Below, in pieces: positions 29,620-38,281 of a stretch of 64,000 nt of DNA. This stretch comes from an uncultured Rikenellaceae bacterium. GTDB lineage: Bacteria > Bacteroidota > Bacteroidia > Bacteroidales > VadinHA17. Under the pieces are notes generated by a model. It had not been told where the DNA came from and searched no databases. It was given only the letters and a program-made list of their open reading frames with translations. Within the stretch, counting starts at the first letter, position 1, and every line of letters begins with the position of its first letter. The translations under genes were made by a program, and so were the position numbers. Location: NCBI GenBank assembly GCA_964466705.1, contig CAYXSM010000011.1:48193-112192 (forward strand), written 5' to 3'.

Positions 29620-29639
29620 TGCAAAAACAAATTATGTCA

Positions 29640-31001
29640 CTAATCCTGTGCTGTTATCTTCCATCCGACAAGAAGAGTTGTCATGTCTTCGTACCATGGC
29701 TGTATTTCATCCGCTGCAAACACAAACACACTTTCATCTTCTGGTAATTCTGCCTTTCTCATCATGTGAATTCCCCATCCGGTGTGCAGAATATATTTCC
29801 TGAATTTCAGATTGCCGAGATTAAGGTACAGATAAAGATGGGGACTGGAATTTCGTGGGAAATACCAGCCTCCGGCAGTCATTTCACCGACAAGTATGTC
29901 AGGTCGCATGTCATTGTTTACATCGGTGACGACAAGACTGTGAGGACAATAGATTGAGGTATCTATCACTGTTTCTTTCCACAGTGTACGGGGGTTTCCC
30001 TTATCACGGCAGAAGACGCCCAGCCTAGCATCCGGGATTTCAGCTTCTGATGCGACAATATCAATTTTGCCGTCTCCATCCAGATCCCCCAGGTCAAGCT
30101 GGTTCATGCCCCCAAACCGTTCATTCATTACCCATTCCGGCACTCCGGGATAAGCAGGTATTCTCTTGCGGTCCCAGTTGCTGTAACGATTTATAATCCA
30201 TTTCCCGGTCAAAGGGTTTTCAGGGCATTCGGCCCAGAAATTACCGCATACGAGATCCTGGCACCCGTTGGCGGTAATGTCACCTGCAGCCAGTCCTGAT
30301 TGGGCATGTTCAGCTTCATGCCTGGTCAGATCCGCAATTTTATGTTCTATCCATAGCTGCGTCGGGTCATCCGGTATCTGGTACCAGAACAACCTTTTCC
30401 GGCTGGCAACAACTGCAACTCCACGGACTACGCTGCCAGAGACCCGGGTTTCAAATGGCATAATATCGTGAAATCCTTTCTCTGCATCACCTTTTTCGCT
30501 CTTTACACTGGCAATCAGATGCTCGTTCCATAAAGTATTTCCCGGCACTTCCTCAAACCATAACAGATCTGTTCCTTCCTCCTTATTGTTACGCCCGACT
30601 ATCATCTCATCAATGCCATCACCGTTGATATCAAATGCGCAGGCACCATTGTTATATCTCCCGCTGCCTGCTGGTACTACCTCTGTAACAGGGGCATTCA
30701 CCTGAACGGGAAACTCAAGAATCCTGTTTCCTGAAGCAGCGATCCGGAAACTTTTTCTCCCGTGGCGGAAGACAGCATTACCGAAGTGCTCATTTCCCAG
30801 ATCATGTATCAAAGCGGGCTCAACTTTTACCGGGAGGTCATTACCGGAGGTGGCTGTTCCTGACGAAGGGCCGCTGCAGGATACCGAAACCAGACTCAGA
30901 AGAATTGCTGCCATGGCAGGCACCATGCGGGAGATATTCCCCGAAAAATGCCGGCCGTCTAAAAATAACAGTTGTAAGAAATGATTTTTCATTTTATCCA
31001 T
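29640..31001 (-). CDS. Exported FG-GAP/VCBS-repeat beta-propeller lipoprotein
   Basis: FG-GAP blades (DINGDGIDEM, DITANGCQDL, DLDGDGKIDI, DVNNDMRPDI). Alternative starts are 30992 (ATGA overlap with the upstream stop) or 30926 (MVPAMAAILLSLVSVSCSG lipoprotein signal). Confidence 0.7.
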   Translation of the reverse strand: MDKMKNHFLQLLFLDGRHFSGNISRMVPAMAAILLSLVSVSCSGPSSGTATSGNDLPVKVEPALIHDLGNEHFGNAVFRHGRKSFRIAASGNRILEFPVQVNAPVTEVVPAGSGRYNNGACAFDINGDGIDEMIVGRNNKEEGTDLLWFEEVPGNTLWNEHLIASVKSEKGDAEKGFHDIMPFETRVSGSVVRGVAVVASRKRLFWYQIPDDPTQLWIEHKIADLTRHEAEHAQSGLAAGDITANGCQDLVCGNFWAECPENPLTGKWIINRYSNWDRKRIPAYPGVPEWVMNERFGGMNQLDLGDLDGDGKIDIVASEAEIPDARLGVFCRDKGNPRTLWKETVIDTSIYCPHSLVVTDVNNDMRPDILVGEMTAGGWYFPRNSSPHLYLYLNLGNLKFRKYILHTGWGIHMMRKAELPEDESVFVFAADEIQPWYEDMTTLLVGWKITAQD

Positions 31002-33181
31002 TCCATCATAAGATCAAAAAATTTATCAGACATATCTCCGGATACAATTTTTATCCTGTCGCCGGCCTCCAGCGAATTATACGCTTTCGCAATTACGGCA
31101 ATATCCTCAGCTATGCCGTCAGGGTCCTCATAATTCCCGCTCGCGCCAGAGGCTCCCGAAATTATCATGGGCCGGGGTGCAAGCGTCGCGGCAAGGTCCG
31201 GAAGGTCGTAGAGCATAAGTGCTCCCGGGACGAGATTCTGAACGAATCCCGGATAATAAAACCGGCTTGTAACAAAAGACCGGTATGAAGAATACGGTTC
31301 TATAAGGGCTATACGGTTTATTTGCCTGTCAAATGCTGAGGCATACAGCATTACCGGGGCAAGCTCCTTTCTGGCAACACCAAGGATCTCGGTGAATTCA
31401 TTTCTTTTTGTGAGAAGCATTCTGAGACGCATTACATCGCCGGCCCGTATTCCCACTATACTTCTTCCGGTTATTGTTGATGTGAACCAAGTATTATATG
31501 AAACACCACCTATCACAGCATCGCCTTTAAAGTCCCCGGGGCCCATTTCTCCTGTTCCTATAAGGTCAGGAGCCAGAACTGTCACTCCGTTTTTCACAAA
31601 CCATTCAATTTCCCCACCTTCATAAGCTTCAGCAGCTTTCCCTGACGGATGAAGATATATCACAGCCTTGTTGACCGGGACATCAGGTATCATGAGCAGA
31701 AAGGGAATTACATAATCGCCTTCGCCTTTAACAAAATACTTTTCCACAACGTAATCTTCTCTCCGAAAGCGACCGGTAAATACAGGTTCCTGAATATCAG
31801 AGGGTGCGACGAATCCGGATATTTTCCTTATACTGTTGAGCATATCCCCGCTACTGACCGGTGATAATTCCCTTGTTTCCCGCAGCCGGCTCAGGATGTT
31901 TTCTGATTCTCTTAAGTTCAGGCTGAAAAGGGTTTCTCCTCCCATTGATGTTGAGAGCTGGCCTGTAGTCGTTTTCTGAAGTTCTTCAGGAGTACAGAAA
32001 TCAACTTCCTCCTCTGTTGAGGAAGCTTGCAGGCTGAGATGCTTGCAGAAGAAGCCGTACATGGCCTCGCGATTTTTTCTTGTATAACCATGTCCGTGAT
32101 CATCCTCGGTAATTTCAATGTTTTCAGGCTTTCCCAGCATGGTGTACACATCCTTAAGTTCATGGAATGTTTCCCTTGTACCCTGTATGCTGAAAAAATC
32201 CCTCGTAGTGGCCATAATAAGAGTGGGCCTGGGGGCTCTGGCTATAATATAGTCGGCATGATCAATGCCTTTGGATAATCCTCTGTAAAGGTTCTGTTCT
32301 CCGTCCTGTACCCCGATCGACTCAAGCAGCCTGCGATAGCTTGTTATATAGCAGGCGGGAGCCGAAGCGGTAACCCTTTCATCCAGTGCTGAGATGTATG
32401 CAGTCTGGGTCCCGCCTCCTGAAAGACCGTGTACTCCTATCCTTTCAGGATCCACTTCTTTTCTTCCTGTGAGGTAATCTATTCCTCTTATTCCATCCCA
32501 TATAAAATATCTTGCCACTGATCCTGCATTGAGGAATACCTGAACGGCAGCATAGGAATGCTCCTGTGTGGCTCTGCCTATTACTGATTCTCCTTTTTCC
32601 GGGTCAAAATATTGAAGCCGTTCTCCCTGTCCCACAGGATCTATGGCAAGGACTACAAAGCCTTTCTTTACAAGGTTGAGCAGGGGAAGCTGATACGATT
32701 CGAGCCTGTAGGCCCCTGCGCTGTGTCCGCTGCAGAAAAGGATCGCCGGGGCAGGCTTTTTGAGCTTATCAGGTAAAAACAATGAGGCTGTAACATAATA
32801 GCCCGGCAATGATTCATAAATGATATTTTCAACTTTGTACCCTTCTTTTTTGAATTTACCCGTTATTTTGGCATTTAAAGGTGTTTTTTCAGGGAAGGGA
32901 CCTAATATTTCCCATAAGACCTGTTTTATTTCAGCCTGCCTTGCAAGCCAGTCATCCGCATTCTTAAGCCTGCTTATCTTTTCAGTTCTTTTTTCAAGGA
33001 GACTGAAAGCCTGATTTGCAAGGTGTTTGTACATTGAGTTTGGTGCGTCGCCATGTATGAGCCAGTAGTTTTTCAATACGTCCAGGTCATTCTGCTCCTG
33101 AGCAACGGAAGGATTGATGCAAATAACCCAGACAAAAGCACTTAGCAGGGAAACCCCGTAAAACGGGCAGCATTTTTTCAT
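30989..33181 (-). CDS. Exported two-lobe alpha/beta hydrolase (acetyl-xylan-esterase/dienelactone-hydrolase-like)
   Basis: 730 aa with a signal peptide. Nucleophile elbow GVHGLSGGG in the N-terminal lobe, and a second alpha/beta-like C-terminal lobe. Paralogue of 44214-46466. Confidence 0.7.
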   Translation of the reverse strand: MKKCCPFYGVSLLSAFVWVICINPSVAQEQNDLDVLKNYWLIHGDAPNSMYKHLANQAFSLLEKRTEKISRLKNADDWLARQAEIKQVLWEILGPFPEKTPLNAKITGKFKKEGYKVENIIYESLPGYYVTASLFLPDKLKKPAPAILFCSGHSAGAYRLESYQLPLLNLVKKGFVVLAIDPVGQGERLQYFDPEKGESVIGRATQEHSYAAVQVFLNAGSVARYFIWDGIRGIDYLTGRKEVDPERIGVHGLSGGGTQTAYISALDERVTASAPACYITSYRRLLESIGVQDGEQNLYRGLSKGIDHADYIIARAPRPTLIMATTRDFFSIQGTRETFHELKDVYTMLGKPENIEITEDDHGHGYTRKNREAMYGFFCKHLSLQASSTEEEVDFCTPEELQKTTTGQLSTSMGGETLFSLNLRESENILSRLRETRELSPVSSGDMLNSIRKISGFVAPSDIQEPVFTGRFRREDYVVEKYFVKGEGDYVIPFLLMIPDVPVNKAVIYLHPSGKAAEAYEGGEIEWFVKNGVTVLAPDLIGTGEMGPGDFKGDAVIGGVSYNTWFTSTITGRSIVGIRAGDVMRLRMLLTKRNEFTEILGVARKELAPVMLYASAFDRQINRIALIEPYSSYRSFVTSRFYYPGFVQNLVPGALMLYDLPDLAATLAPRPMIISGASGASGNYEDPDGIAEDIAVIAKAYNSLEAGDRIKIVSGDMSDKFFDLMMEWIK

Positions 33182-33197
33182 CTGTCAGATAAGTTTA

Positions 33198-34154
33198 TTA
33201 ATCAATAGACAACATTTTGTTATTCAGCATCCATGAGACAGCTTCCTGTACTGCCTGCAAAGAGGTATATCCGGGAATATAGCCCATATCGCGTCCGGCT
33301 TTCTCAATCGAGCAGTTTGGACTATGTGCTATATGATCCCATGTGGCATCTGCATCATTCCTGTCAACTGTCTTTTTCCACTCGTCCCATGGCAGGAAAC
33401 CGAGATTTGCTTCGCGTCCGAACCATGCTGCCATGGCTGTTGCGTATCCCCTCAGCGTCAGAGCCTTTGGTGATACAATGTGATAACTTTCTCCGGCAAC
33501 TGTATTGCGGTGGGTCAAAGCTTTTTCAAAGGCCCGGGCAACATCGTCGGCATGAACATGGTGCACGGTTTCCATGCCAAGGTTAGGAAGATACAGCTTT
33601 TCGCCCCTGGCCAGTTTCCTGAACACATCAGGATTGAAGTTGCCGGCAGGGTTTAACGGGATCCATCCGGCACCAACGATATGGCCGGGATGCAATACAG
33701 TACCGGGAAAACCTTTTCTATGTGAATATGAAAGCAGCCATTCCTCGACGGCTGCTTTTTTTATGCCATAGTCGCCAAACGGTTTTCGTATCTGGGTTTC
33801 ATCGGTGGGCACAACTTCACTGTAACCATGAACCCAGATAGTTCCGCACAGCAGGAAATGCTCGGTTTTTCCGGCAAGAGCTTCAGCCAGGCTTTTTACA
33901 CTCTCTGGTTCAAAGCATATCAGATCTATCACCGCATCAGGTGAAAGCTTTGTTACCAGTTTCCCAAAAATCTTCTTTTTTTCAGCCTCAGTCCTGTCGA
34001 TGTCAACCTGTTTAACAGATCTCCATGCTGGATGGTCTGAATAGGGTTTTCTTAATTGCCTGCTGACCGATATAACTTCGTGTCCTGCCGTTACCAGTCT
34101 TGGTACCAGGTATGTTCCGATGTGTCCGGTGCCTCCGATAATTATGATTTTCAT
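33198..34154 (-). CDS. NAD(P)-dependent epimerase/dehydratase-family (extended SDR) protein, cytoplasmic
   Basis: Rossmann motif IIGGTGHIG at the N-terminus. 318 aa and no signal peptide. Confidence 0.75.
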   Translation of the reverse strand: MKIIIIGGTGHIGTYLVPRLVTAGHEVISVSRQLRKPYSDHPAWRSVKQVDIDRTEAEKKKIFGKLVTKLSPDAVIDLICFEPESVKSLAEALAGKTEHFLLCGTIWVHGYSEVVPTDETQIRKPFGDYGIKKAAVEEWLLSYSHRKGFPGTVLHPGHIVGAGWIPLNPAGNFNPDVFRKLARGEKLYLPNLGMETVHHVHADDVARAFEKALTHRNTVAGESYHIVSPKALTLRGYATAMAAWFGREANLGFLPWDEWKKTVDRNDADATWDHIAHSPNCSIEKAGRDMGYIPGYTSLQAVQEAVSWMLNNKMLSID

Positions 34155-34272
34155 TATTGATAGCTTTGTTTTAATTCAGACCTGGTCATTATAACAGGTT
34201 TATTTTTATTACTGGAATATATTATTCCGTCAGGGTATAAACCCTAAAACAATGCTCAGGACAGATAATGAA

Positions 34273-35616
34273 TTATGGCCATTTCCTGCTAAAAACAGCA
34301 TAAGGGCAGCTGACTGTTGTCAGGTACACCGAATTTTGCGGAGAGTCTTCGTTATAGCATTCCCATGGAGCTCCGAATTCATTACCTTTCCGGTAATCTC
34401 CTTCCCTGAGATCGTCAATATATTCCTTTGCAAGCTTTTCTGCTGCCGTGACATCGACCATGGCAATTGCATAACATACCCATCCTGTCGGAGTTCCCCA
34501 GTATGCACCATTCTGATATGTGCCTTTTTTTGCCAGGCTCTTTTCCCAGGCTGTCAGATCGCTGAAATCGTCAGATGTTAGTATGTGCCTTATATTGCCC
34601 CGCTTTGATAAGGTGCCGTTTTTATGGGAATCCCTCAGAAACAGGCAGCTTTTCTTCATATCAGATTCTTCCAGAACTTTAAAATAAACAGCCAGTGCGG
34701 TGCTCCATACATCAGGCTGGCTGCTGCATCCGGTTGAAGCCAGCAGCATCCCGCGTTCATCGTAAAAGACCTGTCTTATCTCATTCCTGATCCGTCCTGC
34801 GATATTTCTGTATATTCCGGCTTTATCATTACGGCCGATCATGTCGTACATTTCTGCCATCTCGACAGACGCCCTGTACTTCAGCAGAGAGGGAAGACAA
34901 AGATCCCCTGTGATGTAAATCACATCCCTGAAGCCAAAATCGACACCCCTGAAATCGTCATTTGTATATACCAGAACACCATCCTGCCGGGTAGGGGGCA
35001 TGTTGTATGCCATTTCAAGACGATCAATGAGTCTTATTCCATTGATCTCGGCAAGCAAATATTCTGCAGAGCTAGCGCTTTTTACATAATAATGAGCCAT
35101 GTGAATAAAAAAATACTGATCACAGTAGGGGGGAACCATTCCCCATGTTTTTCCGCCCTGATTATCGTAATCGAAAGTGCCCGGATAATAGACCGGCCTG
35201 CTGTCGTCAATCCGGATATGATCAGCTATCGCACCGGCAGGGACCATGCTTCCGGCTTTTGTAATCCAGGTGCGGTCGCATTGTGTTGAAGCAGTAAGCT
35301 CAAGCATGTGTTTCTGCTCTGTTTCCGTCACAAATCCTGACTCCAGCGACATTGCATAGTCGCGGATCCAGAAAGCAGGATAACAGTCACGCCCGCCTGG
35401 CCTTACCAGAATACCGCCGGTATTATTGGGTCCGAAATCAGGAGAAATTTTTTGCCCGGGATAGATGCGTGAACTTTCGAGAACGTCCTGCGTCAGCTTT
35501 TTGAGAAATTCAAGATCATTACCTGACAGAAGGCAATTCCCCGGATTCGCTATCTGACAGCTCAACTGACAGAATGGAATTAAATTCAGCAATATAAAAA
35601 CCAGAATGTTTCTCAT
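34273..35616 (-). CDS. Exported protein of unknown function, possibly a six-hairpin (alpha/alpha)6 glycosidase-like fold
   Basis: Signal peptide. FWIRDYAMS (WxRD-like) and YQNGAYWGTPTGWV motifs recall (alpha/alpha)6 glycosidases. No family is assigned. Confidence 0.4.
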   Translation of the reverse strand: MRNILVFILLNLIPFCQLSCQIANPGNCLLSGNDLEFLKKLTQDVLESSRIYPGQKISPDFGPNNTGGILVRPGGRDCYPAFWIRDYAMSLESGFVTETEQKHMLELTASTQCDRTWITKAGSMVPAGAIADHIRIDDSRPVYYPGTFDYDNQGGKTWGMVPPYCDQYFFIHMAHYYVKSASSAEYLLAEINGIRLIDRLEMAYNMPPTRQDGVLVYTNDDFRGVDFGFRDVIYITGDLCLPSLLKYRASVEMAEMYDMIGRNDKAGIYRNIAGRIRNEIRQVFYDERGMLLASTGCSSQPDVWSTALAVYFKVLEESDMKKSCLFLRDSHKNGTLSKRGNIRHILTSDDFSDLTAWEKSLAKKGTYQNGAYWGTPTGWVCYAIAMVDVTAAEKLAKEYIDDLREGDYRKGNEFGAPWECYNEDSPQNSVYLTTVSCPYAVFSRKWP

Positions 35617-35695
35617 AATTGCTTTTTTAAGGTGCTGTTACAGTTGTCTGATAAATTTCCGGCGGTTTTGCATGCACAGGTTATAAATATTGAAC

Positions 35696-36763
35696 CTATT
35701 TCTCACCTGGTGGAATATAGTGATATTTTTCTCCCCAGGCCATATGGATCCAGGGCATTACTGACCGGTCTTCCAGCCTCGGATAATTCAGCCAGTAAGG
35801 TTCCCTGTGATCGACGGAATGACCCATCTCATTCTCGTGTCCTGCAATTATCAGCTGAGGCCTGAAACCTTTTGCCAGTCTTTTCTCCGGATCCAATCCC
35901 CATGTATTTACCATAAGCACATCTACTGAATGGAAATCCGAAACGCTCTTCATCCACAGGAAGTCTTCACTGTTTGACTGGTCTCCCGTGTGAGAAAAAG
36001 AAAGTCCCTCCGGCGTGAAAACAAGATATACATTATTCAGTATTTTTTCTCCCTGGTGCCCGGGATAGTTTACAAATTTAATTCTGAGGTTTTTTTGAGG
36101 AATAAGTATCTCCTGTATCTCATGTGCTTTTCTTTCCGGATGTGTTACTCTTTTAAAGACTGGCAGGTCTGTCCACAGATCCGGAGGAGTAATTACCGGT
36201 TTGTTCCCTGACAGGAATAATTCAGCTGTAGCCGGATCGGCATGGTCTCTGTGATAGTGGGAAATGAAGAGCATATCAATCTCTTTGACCAGCATCTTCA
36301 TCATTTCATCACCAATCATAAACCCGTCATTTCCAGTGAGCCCTTTCTGAATGTCAAATCCTATCGTAACTGAGGATGTTTTTACAACAAAAGCGTGATT
36401 ATACAATTTCCAGATAACAGCACCCTCGCTGACTTTTGTTGTCCTGATTTCTTCCACTGCGGTTTCCATACGGTTCCTGAAGAAGTCATGGACAGCTTTA
36501 TGTAAAGGCGCCTTTTCTTCATGCAGGACATTGTCGATCAGAAGCAAAGCCAGTTTCCTTATTAATGGCTCTTCAACTTCAGGAGGATGATTTTTCAATA
36601 CATCATTAACAAGTCTCAGGGATATACTTGCCTGTTGATTATAGAATCCATCAATGTCGCCCCACCAGTCAGTTCTCTTGTCCGGGTCAGAAATCTCAGT
36701 TTTCTGTGCGAGCAGCACAGAATGAAAGAGTAAAATAATTAAAAGCAAATAAACCTTTCTCAT
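35696..36763 (-). CDS. Exported metallo-beta-lactamase-fold hydrolase
   Basis: Signal peptide and the HxHxDH motif (SHYHRDHAD). Confidence 0.7.
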   Translation of the reverse strand: MRKVYLLLIILLFHSVLLAQKTEISDPDKRTDWWGDIDGFYNQQASISLRLVNDVLKNHPPEVEEPLIRKLALLLIDNVLHEEKAPLHKAVHDFFRNRMETAVEEIRTTKVSEGAVIWKLYNHAFVVKTSSVTIGFDIQKGLTGNDGFMIGDEMMKMLVKEIDMLFISHYHRDHADPATAELFLSGNKPVITPPDLWTDLPVFKRVTHPERKAHEIQEILIPQKNLRIKFVNYPGHQGEKILNNVYLVFTPEGLSFSHTGDQSNSEDFLWMKSVSDFHSVDVLMVNTWGLDPEKRLAKGFRPQLIIAGHENEMGHSVDHREPYWLNYPRLEDRSVMPWIHMAWGEKYHYIPPGEK

Positions 36764-36864
36764 ATTTTTAATATTGAATAATACTTATGTAACCTCAGGA
36801 CCTCAAAAAATAATACAAGCAACTGCCTGTCTGGATACTACTTATCCTGATATGGCAAATTATT

Positions 36865-38223
36865 TCAGATAACGGTCATATTATTGCCGTTCCTTATCAT
36901 TCTTTCCACTGACAGCAGGTTCATCATCTGATATCGGATCTGATGGAAATTATCCTTCCGGTAAATGCTGATACCCGGTCTTTGTTTATCTTTTCCGAAG
37001 CGGTCAACAGCCTGTCTCCATACTCCTGTACCAGTATCCGCCATATGTTTCAGGCAATATTCCCTGCCACGTTCATACCATTCCTTCGCCCAGACTTCAC
37101 CAGTATGTTCGAAGATGGTCATCGTTGCCACCAGAAGTTCGGTATGTGCCCACATCACCTTCAGATCAAGCTCCGGCCCCTGACATTTATCCTCTTTACG
37201 GAACACATAATAATCTTCTGTACCCATCCCTTCGAAAACATAATCCCAGGTCATTTCAATGAGACGCCTGACCCGGGTCTTTATTATATGGAAAAGCTGG
37301 CTGTCTTTTTTACGGAGGGCTTCAAGCAAAACCATCCACAGGGTCTCCAGGTAATGGCCGGAATACATTACAGTTTCATGTCCGGGAAGCCTGGAATAAT
37401 CATGGAACAGGTTTTCATTGTTAATACCATACTCGCTGTTCCAGAAATCATTGATAATATGATTAACATGCTCATTCAGCAGTGCTTCAAGATCCTGATC
37501 CTCATAAAATGAAAGAAGATTTGTAAGCGGCCATACTATCATAAAAGAATGTCCCAGGGTTCTCAGACCCCTGCTGTCTGTTCCGGGAACAGTAATACCA
37601 TCATAATAAGGGTTATCGTAGATCTTTACAGATTCTCTTATTGAATCAAGGGAAATTTCAAGATCATCTTTGTTCCTGGAGGCTTTGTATAACTCTATCA
37701 ATCCGGCAGCAGAGAAAAGAGCACCGTAAATATCTTTGCCTGAACCCTGAGAAACCGTGCTTACCACGGGTGTTCCTTCCCTGTTAACTGATTCATGCCA
37801 CTGACCCTTACCGATATACATTTTATTCACGAGGAATTCCCGCGACTTTTCAGCTATTTCCAGGTATCTTCTGTCTTTTCCGAAATTATTGAACAGGAAT
37901 GAATAGACCCAGATACCTCTTCCCTGATACCAGATATATTTTTCATCATTGACAACCGAGCCGTCATCATAAAGCTCACACATGAATCCGCCCAGCTCTT
38001 CATCATAGCCGCCCTTTTCCCAGAAGGGAAGATACTGATTAAGAATGCGCTCTCTGTAGTCGTTTCTCAACTCCTCTGGAGTCATACCGGCAATTTTCTC
38101 CGGGAATGAGCCTGATGAGGCCGGATTCTTACTGCAGCCGGTGCTTAATCCTGGCAGAAAAGCTCCGGAAGAAACAACGGCACTGCCCGTGATTATGTTT
38201 TTTATTAATCTCCTTCGCTTCAT
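36865..38223 (-). CDS. AGE-family (N-acylglucosamine 2-epimerase / sugar isomerase fold) protein with Tat-type lipoprotein signal
   Basis: MKRRRLIKNIITGSAVVSSGAFLPGLSTGCS. The (alpha/alpha)6 AGE-like repeats include WYQGRGIWVYSFLFN. Confidence 0.7.
   Translation of the reverse strand: MKRRRLIKNIITGSAVVSSGAFLPGLSTGCSKNPASSGSFPEKIAGMTPEELRNDYRERILNQYLPFWEKGGYDEELGGFMCELYDDGSVVNDEKYIWYQGRGIWVYSFLFNNFGKDRRYLEIAEKSREFLVNKMYIGKGQWHESVNREGTPVVSTVSQGSGKDIYGALFSAAGLIELYKASRNKDDLEISLDSIRESVKIYDNPYYDGITVPGTDSRGLRTLGHSFMIVWPLTNLLSFYEDQDLEALLNEHVNHIINDFWNSEYGINNENLFHDYSRLPGHETVMYSGHYLETLWMVLLEALRKKDSQLFHIIKTRVRRLIEMTWDYVFEGMGTEDYYVFRKEDKCQGPELDLKVMWAHTELLVATMTIFEHTGEVWAKEWYERGREYCLKHMADTGTGVWRQAVDRFGKDKQRPGISIYRKDNFHQIRYQMMNLLSVERMIRNGNNMTVI
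38200..38220 (-). other. Twin-arginine motif (KRRRLIK) of the AGE-family protein
   Basis: Codons verified on the minus strand: AAG CGA AGG AGA TTA ATA AAA. A hydrophobic h-region and lipobox follow. Confidence 0.55.
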
Positions 38224-38281
38224 ATTGAAAAGAACTGGAAAAGACTTGTGTAAAAGTAAAATCAGATAAATTATAAAACCT

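Noticed and set aside
36943-37512. 189-aa plus-strand ORF, and similar long antisense ORFs (e.g. 20600-21073, 50533-51030, 4975-5376, 47830-48234, 39530-39955)
   Set aside because: All are embedded antisense to well-supported genes. They have low-complexity or unrecognisable sequences and are typical shadow ORFs.
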